Assembly (NCBI RefSeq): GCF_009914755.1
Contig: NC_060939.1
Reading direction: 5' to 3' (one strand)
DNA length: 64,000 nucleotides
Source of the DNA: the human T2T-CHM13v2.0 reference genome, Homo sapiens
Part shown: in pieces, positions 13,425 to 29,330 of the stretch
Numbering within the stretch: the first letter of the stretch is position 1
Layout of the letters: each line of letters begins with the position of its first letter
Made by a program: the position numbers and the translations under genes
Notes under the pieces: generated by a model
What the model was told of the DNA's origin: nothing
What the model saw: only the letters and a program-made list of their open reading frames with translations
Databases searched by the model: none

Positions 13425-13714
13425 GGCTGGGCATAGTGGCTCACGCCTGTAATCCCAGCATTTTGGGAGACTGAGACAGAGGATCACTTGAGCCCAGAAG
13501 TTCGAAACCAGCTTGGGCAACATGGTGAAACCCTGTCTCCACAAATAATTTTTTTTTTTAAAGTTAGCCAGGTGTGGTGGCCCATGCCTGTAGTCCCAGC
13601 TACTTGGCAGGCTGAGATGGGAGGATCACCTGAGCCCAGGAGGTCGAGGCTGCAGTGAGATGAGATTGAGCCACTGCACTCCAGCCTGGGCAACAGAGTG
13701 AGACTCTGTCTCAA

Positions 13715-13745
<31 letters not shown>
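13425..13745 (+). mobile_element. AluJ
   Basis: Alu dimer with (TAAAA)n tail; TSD-like AAGG(A/G)GTTGGAG. Confidence 0.93.
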
Positions 13746-15593
13746 GCAGAAGGGGTTGGAGGAAGGTAAGCACTGCTGTGGATATGTAGGAGCTGGGTTG
13801 TCCCAAGGATGAGGGTGAACTCTGCCCAAGAGTGGGAAAGTGTCTGAGTGACCACCGTGGCATGGACAAGAAAGGCAAGAGAGGTGGCCACGTCCTGGAC
13901 CCAGAGGACACTCCCTGGATCCTCAAATCATTCACCGATAGGCTGGGAAAGACCCCAAGAAGCTTGAGGAAAAGTCCCTGGCCCTTTGGTTGGCCACTTG
14001 GCAGACACAGACCCAAACTGGAGGCTACTGGAGCCACTCCTGCTGGCGCAGGCTCTGGACACATTGCCCTCCAGAGGCTCTGTCTCTGGAATCCTGCTTG
14101 GTCCCTTTGCTGTCTCTGGGGCTCAGGGCCCTCCCACACTTATCCATTCACACTCAGCCCTGCATTGGAGTGACAGCTTCCTACAAGTTCCCAGACTCTC
14201 CGCACCTGCACTCTAGCACAAGCTGCATACAAGGCCTCAGGAAGTCATGCAATCTCTTCCTCAAGACCCCAGGTACCCCAACACTTTGAAGGCATCCAAT
14301 CCCTCCTCTGCCTCACTTCCTGGTTCTCCATACCTGGCTTGTCTCCTCTCTTGCCACACTCTCCACACCTGGGACCAGACCCTACTTCCCTCTTAGGCAA
14401 TCATTAACCTCTCGTTGCAAAATGGGCCTCCAGGGCCTCTCCTCAAGTTGCTGGGAGCATCGGGTAGTGTGTGGATGTCTGGCTACAGGTCAGCCAGGCA
14501 GGTGCTCAGGGGGTGTGGCTCCCCTCCCTCAGGACAGCCTCTCCCCAAGATCGGGCTCCCAAGGCCTCTGGATACTCAGGTCCTGCCCCTCTCAGACCCC
14601 AGGCTCTCTGTGCAGCCTTTCTTGGCCACTCCCAGCTCTCATTGTTCTCCTCTGCCTCTAAACTCCCTGGTGACAAGATGGGAACGTTGTTATTCTATAA
14701 CTGCTTTGGACATAGATAGCTCCTCTTGTTAAAATGTACACTCAATCTCAGGGCTCTGTGTCTTCTCTGCCCCTCTCAGGCCCTCCCTAGCCTTTCGGGA
14801 TCCCTGTGGCGCTTGAGTCATTCCTGCGTGGTTACCGGTGAGCAGGGATGCTCCCCACCTGTGGGGCCTGGATATACAGCTTTTTCCCCCTTGGGGGCCA
14901 ACTTCCCCTCTGGATGGGGCCAGGGGTGGGCAGTGTGGGAGGGGCTTTCGGTTCTCCTGATCTCTTAAAATGCCACCCAAAGACAGGGGTGGGGAGGATT
15001 CTGCCCACTGAGATGCCTCCATTGGCCCCCGTGGCCTGGAAATGCAGCAGGCTCTGGGATGAGGGGGGAGGTTAGGGCTGCCAGGAAACAGCACTGCACA
15101 AACAGTGCTGCTAAGTCAAGCCACATCCATGGGCTGAACTGTAGAACTGGGTGCTGTGGACTCTGGCATGGTCCCCAGAGCCCAGTTTCAGATCTTTGTC
15201 TTGAGAAGGGGCTCTGGGAGTCACCTGGCAGCTGGCTCCACGATGCCTAAGTGCCTCTCCTTCCACTTCACCCCAACAGGCCCTAACCGAAAGGAGGAGC
15301 AAGGAGTGCTCCGTGTGGGCAAAGCGGGTGCTCTTGGAAATCGATTCCAGGAAGAGAGAGTGGGGAGGAGACAGAGGGCGAACAGAGCTCTTGGGTGCAG
15401 GCACAGACTGCGGGGCAGGTAGCGCCGAGGGAACAGCATGAACAAGGGGCCTGGAAGAGTGACAGAAACCCCAAAGTCTGAACTACAACTTGAGTATAGA
15501 ACACACATTCGTGCACATACATGCACACACATACACGTATACACCATGCACGTGCACACGTGCGCGCGCACACACACACACGGATCCACCTGA

Positions 15594-16170
<577 letters not shown>

Positions 16171-18325
16171 TCCCCATGCTGTTTTGTCATTGTTTGCTGG
16201 GGTTTCTGTCTGCTCTTCAGCCTGGAAGGTCCTGGAAGCTCCAGAGAGCCTGGGACCCTGACTGGTTTTTCATCTTTGTACCTCCAGTACCTATAGCATG
16301 CTCATATCTAGAAGGTGCTAATACATGTTCATTAAGTGAGTGAATGAATGTTCCAGCCCCATGCACAGAATGAACGCCCATGGCAAGGGAGTCCTGAGGT
16401 GTTCTCCCTCTCCTTTCTTCACTGAATAGCTGCTTATTGGCACTCTCCTCCTACTGTCCCACATGCAGATATTTGCTCTTGCCCAGGCAAGATGGCAGCC
16501 TGCTTGGGAGGCAGGCACAGTGTGGCTGCGGGAAGGGGGGTGACAGACACTGATCACGCACGGTGACATCTACTCACTGGGAGACCATGTGCCAGGGGCT
16601 CACCCCCACTGGTACTTACTTAGCTCCAGCCCAGGCCTTTGCATCTCCCTTGCCCTTTGGGCCTCTTCCCCAGGGTATCTCCCCCAGGTCCTTCTGGTCA
16701 CTCTATTTTCCCTTCCCAGGAAACAGTCTGCCTCTCTCCACTCCACTGTTTCTCGCAAGAGGTCCTTGTGGAGTCTTGGCTGGTCTGTGATGACCTCTCT
16801 TTCCTGATGGCAAAAGCTCAAGTAGTCCTTGGTTTGATGACTGGCTCCTGTCAGATGCCTCTGCGGGTCATGATAACCCCAGAAGACCAGAGCCCTGAGG
16901 TGTCCCCCTTCCCTAGCACCTTGTCCTAACAACTGGGGTGTGGGAACACTCCCAGCCCTGCTCACGCGGTGCTGATGGCTCCTCCTTCCGTCCTGCCCCT
17001 CTTCTAGTTCTGATCACCTCCTGGGGGCTCTGCCATCATCTCAAGCCCAGGTCCTCAAGGAACACCCAGAGCCCTCCCTGGGCTGCAGTGTCTGGGGCAG
17101 TGGCTGTGGTTCCTTAAGGCCCCACGTCCCTCCCGAGCTGCCCCTGCACTCTGAGTCTCGCAGCAGCCACTACTCTACTTTATCCCTTTTGGACCCATTA
17201 CTTCATTACTTTCTGCCTCCCAGAGGCCCTGAAACCCCCTCTTCCAGCCGCACCAGCTTCTCTGGACCCTACAGCAACAGAGTGTCGCCGGATCATCCTT
17301 CCTGCCTACCGAGGGACCGCAGCGCTCTCCCAGTGCCCCTCTGCCTGTTGCCCTTGGCCCCAGGCGTTAAGCCTGTGGGAGCCGCTCCCGTTTCACCCCT
17401 CTCCTGGCCAGCGTCTCTTCCATGGGCTGTTTTCAGAGCTCAGGGTCTGTGTGCTCGCTGGTAGGGCTCCCTGCCTCTGTTGCTCTGAGAGTGCCAGCCC
17501 TCTGATTGTTCCTCTGAATGAATGAACCATCTTCTAGAGTATTATTTTTGAGCACCTACTGTGTTCCAGGCCCTGTGCTAGATGCTGGGGGGCCAGGGGT
17601 GAATACGAGGCAGAGACAGAGGTTAAAGGCAACAGCGGCCAGTGGCTTTGATGGGGAGAGCAGGTCAAGCTGGCTACAGGTTGTTGCTTTCCAGGCTTGG
17701 GGCCTCTGGCTGGCTCCAGAAGCTTCCCCGCCATCAGTCATGCTCCTGGACTCTGGAAACCTCTTCTGGTCCCTAGGGGCCCAAGGCTGCAGAGGTGAGG
17801 CGCGTTTCTACTCTGAGCCCGCACACCCGGGAAGGGGCAGCCTCGCGCCGGTTCTCTTCAGGTGTCCTGGTTCTGTTCTTGGTTCATGCCTTTCCTGTTG
17901 GAACTCATGACTTGAAGCCCCTTCGCTGAGAGTTTTACCCACGCTTAGAAGAGTTTTTGTTGTCGTCCATTCCCAGCCTGAGCTCACGGTAAATGCCTAC
18001 CAACCGAATGTCTGTATTTATAGAAGCGTCTGAACCGGCACCCTCGACATGCGACCCTGAATGTTCTACTCCGTGTTGCCAGAATCACTTTATACCTTTT
18101 TAAGAGGATTCAATTCTTCTCTCTTTAAATACTATTGGGATTGGGGGCAGGAGAAACAAGATACGAAGAAAAAAAAAGTTTCTATAATCCCACCACTCAG
18201 AGACCATCTTTTTATCTTTACTTTTTTTTTTTTTTTTTTTTTTTTGAGACAGGGTCTCACTCTGTTGCCTTGGCTAGGGAATCTTTTGATGCTGGTCCTT
18301 TCAGACTTTCCTGGGGCTTAATTCT

Positions 18326-18619
18326 TTTTTCTTTGGAGACGGAGCCTCACTCTGTCATATAGGCTGGAATGCAGTGGCGGGATATCTTGGCTCACTGCAA
18401 CCTCTGCCTCCCAGGTTCAAGCAATTCTCCCTCCTCAGTCTCCTGAGTAGCTGGACTACAGGTGCTCACGACCACGCCCGGCTAATTTTTGTATTTTTAG
18501 TAGAGACGCAGTTTCACCGTGTTGGCCAGGCTGGTCTCAAACTCCTGGTCTCAGGTGATTCTGCCTACCTCAGCCTCCCAAAGTGCTGGGTTTATAGGTT
18601 TGAGCCACTGTGCCTGGCC
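18326..18619 (-). mobile_element. AluS (a short Alu 3' fragment also lies at ~18222-18275)
   Basis: 16-bp TSD CCTGGGGCTTAATTCT at 18310-18325 and 18620-18635. Confidence 0.94.
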
Positions 18620-21600
18620 CCTGGGGCTTAATTCTGATCAGCAACAGAATGCTGATTCTGGGAAGGTCACGTTATTTAGCCCCTTTTAAGGTCTCTTCTC
18701 CTCTCCTGAACAGCTGCCTTAAAACCAGGACAAAAGTCAAACTCACAGCCAATTATAGGTCTGGAGATTTATTTTGTGAGATCAACCCTGAAATATTGAA
18801 CATCTCATGGTCAATAACTTGCTCTAACAGCATTCTGTTGGGAGCCGGAGACTTGGGCCAAAAGCCATGCACACTGCTTCTCTTCTGATGCTGGAGACAC
18901 GGCTGTGGCCTCTGGCCAGACCTCCAAGGTGCACTCCTCCTTTCTCACTCTGCCCGAGTGCAGCATGCACCCTGGGCTGGCCTGGTGAGGAGGCAGGGTC
19001 AACTTTCACCAGGCAAGCAGTTTTGGCAAAACCTGTACCCACCGGCCCACTTTCTCAGAGGGCAACTAGAGTCCAAGCTGTGGAGGCTTCAGCCCAGGCA
19101 GGAGTCCGTCCTGAGGGATATTCCACAGTGTTTCAGGGCTCTGAACCCAGGTCCGGTGGTCCTCTCGGCCTCACAATCCTTCTCCTGCCTCCAGGAGGGG
19201 GTGCCTGTGGCCCAGCCTGCCTCCTTCAATATCTACTCTGGCAGGGAAGGCGCAGCCACACTCTCCCTTGGGACCTCACTCCAGGTGTCCTGCCTTCCAG
19301 GACAAGTTCACTCCCATCATCTAACCTCAGTGCCTTCCAATGCAGGTGACCATTTCTTCCCGCTCTAACTCAGCAACAATAACAGCTAGCATCTGCTGCA
19401 TGCCAGCCATGCGCAGGTGCCATGTACAGGTTCTCTGTATATTATCTTGCTTAATCCTTACAACCGCCCCACGAAGCAGTTATTATTAGCTTCGTCTTTA
19501 TAGATGGAGAGTCAGAGGCTAAGTCCTCTGACACAGGGCTCACAGCTAGAATCAGAGACATCCAATGCTACTTCCCAAGCCTGTGTTTCTCCCACTGAGA
19601 ATCTCAGTTTACTTGGCAAACAGGAAGACAAATGTTGCTTGCCTTCATCTCCTCTTCCTTGCTTTTCTTCTCTTTAAAACAGTTTTTCTGACAGATTCTT
19701 CTTTTCACTCAGCGCTCCCCCAAAGCCAAAAAATAACCACCAAACTCTGACAATTCTTCTATGGCCTGCACTCTTACTGGCTGTTTCTACCAACACATTC
19801 TAGGATATCCCTCTCTTTTTAAACATCTAGAGCACATCAGAGCCATAAGGGTCTTTGGAGAAGTTCCCATTTTCCAGTAGCCACAGATTGCTCCACTTGA
19901 GCCTTAGATCACACCCTCCAGCTCTCGAATTTTCAGGAGAGACCCAGTTTTCAGGAGACAACCACATTTTGCCAGCACAGAATTGGGACTGGGAAGGGGG
20001 TTTGAGAGACATCCCAGCCGGATCATGCTGGGAGGAAGGTGGCAGGAATATGGGACTTAGCTCTGGGGACCAGATGCATTCCAGGAACCAGGTCTATGAG
20101 AAATGGCCTTCTTGGGTTGCAATGAATGTACCTATTTTGCTTCTGATATAATCTGTTTGATCAGTGTTGCTAGAGATGAGCAAAAATTCATGGCCTGGAG
20201 GTAATTAATCTACAGTGGAAAGATGCAATCGAGCAAAGCACCGTGTCTCTGATGTGCGTGTGGGAACCAGAAACCAGGGAGGCTGTGGAACCCAAGTTTA
20301 CAGGGTTGCTTATGGTGTGGTGAGGGCCAAAGCTTTAAGGACTCAGATAAGCTCATCCCTAGAACAGGATGCCCTGGCTGGGATTGGGTATCAGGGTGAA
20401 GAGTCAAACTGTTTAAGAACAGACATGATCAGGCACCATGCCAGCTGGGCTGCAGCCCTGGAGTAGGGACAGGCATTCATCCTTCATGGGGGCATTGGGA
20501 GGGCCCTGGGGTAAGGACCAGGGAGCACTTGAAGACTTGGAGCTCAAGGCAGGAACTGTTTGGCAAACAGTACAGAGGTATATTTAGCCACTTTGCCAAT
20601 CAGTACAGCTGGGCCAGGGAGGACAGGCTGGACAGCAGTTTTCTGGGAAGCCAGGGGAGAGAGAGGGCCCCACTGCTCAGGCTGCCGACACACCGTCCCA
20701 GCCCCCTCCCCAGCCTGGATTCTGGGGTTGATCTTGCCAGGACTCCACTGCCCCCTGGGGACCTACTGGGGACTGGGGGACCTTGCCAGCTCATGTGGAA
20801 AAGAGGCAGCCCCTTGAATCTCAGGATTGGCTATGATGCAATCCAATGCTGCCCCTTCCCACTCCTACTTTTATAGATATGACTTTTGGCAGGGGTGAGG
20901 GTGGGGAACAAAATGTATGACTCTGCTCTGGCAGGCCCAGCTGGGCTGTGCTCTAGCTGCTGTGCATATGCTCTTATCTAACCTTCCAACCACCGCCAAG
21001 GAAGGCATCATTATCCCTGCTTTACAGAGGGGAAGGCCGCGTTTAGAGAGATTACATCTCAAACAGGCTTACACTGCCCAGGAGTGGCAGAGCCAGGACT
21101 TGGGTGCAGGTCTTCAGGGCGCATGCACTCCATCCACCTGGCTCTCACTATGAATGTACAGCACCAGCTAGCAGCTTGCTCCAGGCCATGTGCTGGACTA
21201 GTCAGTAGCAGAGACAGGAGGAAAAGCCTCAGCCTCCGCATTGGAGCTCTCCCTATACCCCAAGAATCTAGCCGTTACCACAAATCAGTCAAAAGAATAC
21301 TTAATTACCAAAGGGCTCCCAGGGTCAGGCTCCTGGGTGGGAGTGGGGTCTGGGGAAGGGTCTGACAACCACATTTCAGAGGTGGTGGATCCGATGCCCA
21401 TCGCTGGGCCAGACATACCCTCAGCAAACCATCCCATGAAGTCTGGGGAGCCTGGAGAGAGGGGAAGATGGCACCTGGGGAGCCTGCAGGAACTCCCTCC
21501 CCAGGGCTTCTCAGGTCAGGCCAGGCAGGTGATGCCACCTCCTCCTCCCTAGAGAGCTGGGTGTACCCTTCAGTTCCATGCAACACCTGTGTCAGAGCTT

Positions 21601-23862
21601 GGACTAGCCAGGTGCTGTCTTCCAGAACATGTGGGCCCTCCTTTAAGGAGACCATTGGGAGGGGACATGATGGGACCCTAATACATGTCCCAGCCACTCT
21701 GAGCAACATCCCAGACTAAGAGTCACCTGGGAGGAGCTACCATGGCTGTTTTCCTTTTTATCACCAGGCTAGTTGAGTGGTCAGGGCAAGAAATCCCGGC
21801 ACCAACATGGACCCTCCAGGCCTGACAGGGGCAGATGCAGCTCATGGAGAGGCTCCTGAAGCCACATTTGGGGTCCTGGGCTCTTAACTGCTTCACTGCC
21901 CCCTTTGAGGTAAACTCTGTCACCTCTGTGGAAGACCTCTCCTGGCCCAAGCTCTTGGAGGCTCAAAAAGATTGGCAGGAACAATAGGTGGCCAGACGCC
22001 CTTCCAGCCACCCAAGTGCTGTGGGGAAACCAGGGCACACCCCAGGAGGCAGTGTCTACCTGGCTGGGCAGCAGGGGCATTGGCCACCACCCACCACGGA
22101 GCTCCCTGACTTGGGCTCCTAGGAGACTGAACAGGGTCTTCATCTCCCCCACCAAGGGGCAAAGTACTTTCAGGGCATCACCCATGTCATTCAATGATTT
22201 AACTTGAGCCGGGGAGGTGGCCCTGGGAAAGGTAATGAGGAAGAAGTGCTGCCTTCGAGGAACCAACTAATGATTCTTCCCAAGGTGAGCCTACAGCAGA
22301 TTGAAGCATTGAGGTCATCTCCCTATTGCCTAGATGGGGAAACTGAGGCAGAGTTGGTCTAGAGCCCTGGCAACCTGATCCATGAACCCAGAGGTCTCCC
22401 TGTGAGGCTGTGAGGAGTTGGATGGACCCATGAGCCTTGACTGTAAACCCAGGTGGGCAGCTTTGTGGCTGATGGCAACAGATTGACAATGCCACCAATT
22501 CTCACCATACACTACACCATACTCTTGCACAGCATAGAAGCTTAGGATGTTTGCAGGGTTAAATCCTGCTTGCCATTAGGGCAGGCCAAATGTGGATCCC
22601 CCGGCATACTCTCTATCTTGGGTGCTAGCCTGGCCCCAGGATGGCCCCACGCCACTTCATGATGCCTTGAAAATCTTGAGGGTACTCTCAGCAGGGCCAC
22701 CCAAGCAGGAGCCCTGGCCCCAACTGGGATAAACCACTTCCCCCAGGTTTTAAGATGAGGCTGCCTGAGCCCAGGTCCTTGGGATGTCCAATGCCTACCA
22801 GCCCTCCCTGAGGCCCGTCTCCTGCTCTCAGCTCCCTGCCCCTGCCCCTCACTTCCTGGCCATGCCTCCCTGGCCCTCAGCCTCTGGCCCCAGCCACTGA
22901 GCACCCCTCCCTCACCTTCAAGGCACAGGTGGCCGAGGGCCTGCTGTCTTCTGCTTGGCATGGGTCTGGCAGGGAGTGGGAGACCCTGGCGTGCATCTGC
23001 CTCAGGAGCATCACGGCAGCTCTCCAGCTGGGTGGCAAGATCAGGAACTTATACTCTGACTCAGAGCTCCACCTTCCTGGCCACAGCTTGGCAGTAGCTG
23101 GGATTGCTCTGGGAGTGGTTTGAGTGGGTAGACAGATAGGGTGCATGGGCCTAGATCTCTTCATATCAAAGAAATCACAGGTCTTCAGGTCATAGAAATA
23201 CAGGGACCCGCAGGGCTCTGGTCTTTGGGGTCAGCAGTCTGTAGCCCCCAGCCACTCAGAATGACCAGGCCTTCAAGGGCACAGTGGGTGGCAAGAAGAG
23301 GACACTGGACCCACATGACTGTAGGACTAGCCCGCCATAATTTGGGAAAGCTCTATCTCTTCAGCTTATAGAGGTCATGGCTCATAGATGCCCCTCTAGG
23401 AGGATGCGACCGTCGCTCCCAACTCCACTTCAGTTTCATGGCTTGGTACCCCAGGAGCTGTGGCCAGGGACCTTCATGGGGTCCCTGGCCACAACTCCCA
23501 AAGAGACCAGGGTCAGTGCTCCCAAAGCTAGAGGGTGAAGAAAGAAAATAATTGCCCAATACTTCGTGAGAAAGGGTCTGGGGCAACCATCCCCTGTCCT
23601 CCCTCCTGGGAGGCCAGGTGGAGAGAGGGCGTGTCCAGCCCCTGCCTGGTCTCAGGACAGCTTGGAGGATGCACCCGCCCCGCCCAGATGATTCCTATCT
23701 CTAGCCTGGTGGCTCACTGAGGGGCCTGACAAGGGCAGCTTTGCCTGCTCTGCTGCCTGACTCTGTACACTGGGAGTTTCCTGCCTGAGCTATTGCCTGG
23801 AGCCCCACAACCGGCTTTTCTGGCCCATAGATAGAAGTGCTTTTTTGAAATTGAGGATGAGA

Positions 23863-23968
23863 TCTGAACATGGGACAGACTGGGCCTGAATGCAGGGATG
23901 GAACCTGGTTGGAGGTACCTGTGGGAACTCTTCACGTGCCTGGCCTTCCAGAAAGTGGAGGGGCCTTA
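23863..23968 (+). repeat. Inverted repeat C, left arm (partner at 25200-25305)
   Basis: 87/106 ungapped identity to the reverse complement of 25200-25305. Confidence 0.9.
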
Positions 23969-24280
23969 GCCTGCTGCTCTCCTGGCTTCCTTCCTTGCCC
24001 TGCCCTCCCCTCCTCTGCCAAGGATGGGGACTCAGCACCACATCCCTCAGTAAACTCCACAAATTCAATTTAGTTCATGTACCTAGTAAGCATCTGCTGT
24101 ATACATCCTACTGAGAGAGGAAATCCTAAGCTTGAAGTTGCTGACAGTCTGGCTGGAGAGCCAGATGCATCCAACCCCTCAGAGGCTCAGGGATCCAAGT
24201 TTCCCTGTGGTGAGAGGGGGCATCTTAGAAGGATCGATAACAATCCTTCCTTCACATTTGTGAAGATCCATGGTTTACAG

Positions 24281-24805
24281 CAGTAGTCCCCATCCTTTTT
24301 TAGTGCCAGGGACTGGTTTCACCGAGGTTAATTTTTCCGCGGGTGGGCGGGAGATGGTTTTGGGATGATACAAGTGCCTTACATTTATTGTGCACTTTAT
24401 TTCTATTATTATCATATTGTCATATATAATGAAATAATTATACAATTCACCATAATGTAGAATCAGTGGGAACCCTGAGCTTGTTTTCCTGCAACTAGAT
24501 GGTCCCATCTGGGGGTTATGGGAGAGAGTGACAGATCATCAGGCATTAGATTTTCATAAGGAATGTGCAACCTAGATCCCTCGAGTATACAGTTAACAAT
24601 AGGGTTTGTGCTCCTATGAGAATCTAATGCCACTGCTGATCTGACAGGAGGTGGGTTTCAGGTGGTAATACAAGTGATGGGGAGTGGCTCTAAATACAGA
24701 TGAAGCTTCACTCACTCGCCCACTGTTCACCACCTGCTGTGTGGCCTGGTTCCAAACAGGCCACGGACTGGTACTGGTCTGTGGCCAGGGGGTTGGGGGC
24801 CCCTG
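24281..24805 (+). mobile_element. MER1A hAT-Charlie DNA transposon, full length
   Basis: CAG...CTG termini, 525 bp, perfect 8-bp TSD GTTTACAG. Confidence 0.9.
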
Positions 24806-26877
24806 GTTTACAGAGCTCTGCCACACAACTAAGAACTGGCTAGGGAACACAGAAGATGGAAAATGGATTCCAGCTGGAGAGGGAAAGAATGGATCTGAAA
24901 AGGCCTTACAGAGGAGGTGGCATCTGAATTGGGCTTTAGACGAGGAATGGGATTTCAACAGCTAGTGAGCCTAGGCACCACTAGGAGGAAGAGAGAGGCA
25001 TCCTAGGAGGAAGAAACAGCATGAACACAGGCAGGGAGGCCAGAAAGCAGGGCACGCTTATGTATGCAGGTGGTCTGGTGTCTGTGCAGTGAGTTGTGTG
25101 GGAAGAGATACTGGGGGTAGAGAGTGGAACACAGGGGTGGTAGAAATTGGGCAGAAAGAAGGAGGCTTTGTGAAAGAACAAATGTGGAAAACACCCAGGT
25201 AAGGCCCCTCTGCTCTCTGGAGGGCCAGGCACATGAAGAGGTCCCACAGATACCACCAACTTGGTTCTGGCCCTGCATTTGGACCCAGTCTGCCCTGTGT
25301 TCAGAGGTCACCCTTCATTCCATACTAGATTAGGGTCCAAATAATCATGACCCTAAAAGGCCATACTTTATATTTGGACGTAGTCTCTAAGCAGTAGGGG
25401 GCTATTGATGGTTTTTGAGCAGGAGAGCTGAACTTTAAGAAGGCAAGGATGATTGATGTTGAAACAAGGGATCAATTAGGAGGTGAGATGTGAACCATCT
25501 GGGATAGGGGAAGTAGGGTGGAAAGTTAAGGGAGAGATAAGGCCAGAACAGGCCATACAAGCTAAGTCCAGGAGTTTCTGTGGCAACTCAACCCACAGCA
25601 CTATACTGTCCTGAAAGTCATGGGGTCCCATCTGTCTCCCCATCCCTCCCACTCCCCCACCCTTCCCAATCAGATAGGCCAGGTTGAGCCCCAAACACCA
25701 GGGCATTCCTCAAGGCCTCCTATTTGGCCTCTTCTCACTGAAGAAGCCCAGCCACAAACCCCCACTCCAACTCGTATGTTTCCTCACTGTCTATCAACTC
25801 CTCAGAGCAGGGTCTCAACTCATTTTAGTTGAATTAAATCAAATTGAATAGGGGGCTGATGGGAGCTTGGTGGAAGTTTCTTCCCCCACATCCTCTGTGG
25901 TGCCTCTGTCCCAGGTGGGAGCCAGTGTGACCTTGAACTAAGTGGACTGATCTACTGGAAAGTATTTACCGACTGCCTGCTGGGTGCCCATCTCTGTGCT
26001 GACCACTCAGGTGGGGTCTGGAATAAAACAACCAAGAATGTAAAATCTAGAAAGGGGAGGAAAGGGGGTAAAATTAAATGGTAAATTGGCCAGTGTGGGC
26101 TCTAAGTGGGATGGGAGGGGAGCAGAGGACTCGGGGAGTTGGAAGTGGACTGGGACAGTGAGTAAGGAGTGTCAGGCAAACAGTGACATCCCCACGCCAG
26201 GGTGCGGGTGCCAAAGCAGCAATCTTGGTACACAACTGCTGCTCCAAGTCAAGTGCTCTTTTGGTAGAGTTCCTTCTGTGTGGAAATTCTGAACTTGTCT
26301 CTGCGGCAAGGGGAGGGAACAGTTCCTTTCCACCCAGCACTGATGACCAGGGAGCCCCAGGATCCTCAGATCCCCTGGGCTACTTGGGCCCAGCCTTGCT
26401 GCTGTGTGCGCTGAGGCCTCCGACTCCAGGCCTGTCGCCAGGCTTGTTACCTGACACTTCAGATGGGGTGACCAGGCACTGCCTCTGCCAGCAGACTCTT
26501 GGCCTCAGGTAACCCAATATTGAAAAGCACATTCCTCCCAGAAGCCCAGTGGACGCCACTCCCCTGTGGGCCCAGCAAGGATGACTCCTCACTGTCCTCT
26601 TTCCAGGTGGTTCAGGGCCCTGTCCCTTCCTTCCCACCTCCTGCCAGCAGCACCTGTCTCCAGCCTCCTCTCTGCCTCCTACAGCTTGTGAGCTTTAGAA
26701 ACACTCCCTTCAACCTCTCGTTCTTCTGCTGAAAAGCACCTAACGCTTTTCCAGTCTTTGCCAACAAACTCTGGATTCCAATACCTTCCATAAACCAGGT
26801 AGGACCCAGGAGCAGCTCTACGTATATACGGAATTTTAGCATACAATAAAGGAAGTATGTGAAATCAGTCGTGAAAC

Positions 26878-27774
26878 TGTAAGAATTAAAGAGGAGCCAG
26901 GCGCGGTGGCTCACGCCTATAATCCCAGCACTTTGGGAGGCTGAGGTGGGCGGATCACGAGGTCAGGAGATCGAGACCATCCTGGCTAACACAGTGAAAC
27001 CCCATCTCCACTACACAAAAAATTAGCCGGGCATGGTCGCGGGCACCTGTAGTCCCAGCTACTCAGGAGGCTGAGGCAGGAGAATGGCATGAATCCGGGA
27101 GGCGGAGCTTGCAGTGAGCCAAGATTGCACCACTGCACTCCAGCCTGGGAGACAGAGTGAAACTCTGTCTCAAAAAAGAAAAAAAAAAAAAGGAAAAGAA
27201 AAGAAAAGAAAGAAAGAGGAAAGAAACATGAAAGGTGACTCGCCAGTAAGACAGGTTTACTTAAGGGAAAACAAACCTGAGAGGGGCTTCTGGCCAAGTT
27301 AGGTCAGAGGCATACTCTCTTACAGACTAAGAGTTTTTAAGGATTCAGAGTGGGAGAGTTTATCAGAGGCTTGGACTGCTTCTGTGTCTCTTTGTTGTGC
27401 TTATCTGGGAGGGAGAGTTGTGTGTCTGTTCCCATACATCTTCCTGTAGCTGCAGGCATACCTCCCCCCACCCCCCACTGGAGTCTGCTTTTAGCTTCCC
27501 TATCTTAGTGCACCTGAAGGGAAAGGAATGTGCTTATTAAGGCCCAATGTTTTACTGGGACCCATTGTATGCAGGCGAAGTTTGGCACTTCCAAGAGACG
27601 TTCCCCCTACCTCCCTCTGTACCCAAGCTATCTTATCTGTGTTTTACTGCCTGCTCTTTCTGGCTGCTTGTAGTTAGAAGAGAAGTGATTTCCTTGAAAT
27701 GCATGAGGCTAGAAAGGGAGCTGGAACTTAGAGTGGTGGTGTTTGTCTGAGATGACGGTGCTCCTGCTCTGTCA
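26878..27774 (-). mobile_element. Solo ERV1 LTR (LTR9 family), interrupted by an AluY
   Basis: Minus strand begins TGACAGAGCAGGAGCACCGTCATCTC and ends TTTAATTCTTACA; flanks GAAAC/GAAAG. Confidence 0.8.
26894..27210 (+). mobile_element. AluY inserted into the LTR
   Basis: Y diagnostics GGATCACGAGGTCAGGAGATCGAGACCATCCTGGCTAACA and GGAGCTTGCAG. Confidence 0.93.
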
Positions 27775-27779
27775 GAAAG

Positions 27780-29330
<1,551 letters not shown>

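Noticed and set aside
16570-16625. Three donor-like motifs upstream of exon 2
   Set aside because: None gives an ATG-initiated phase-0 frame compatible with exon 2
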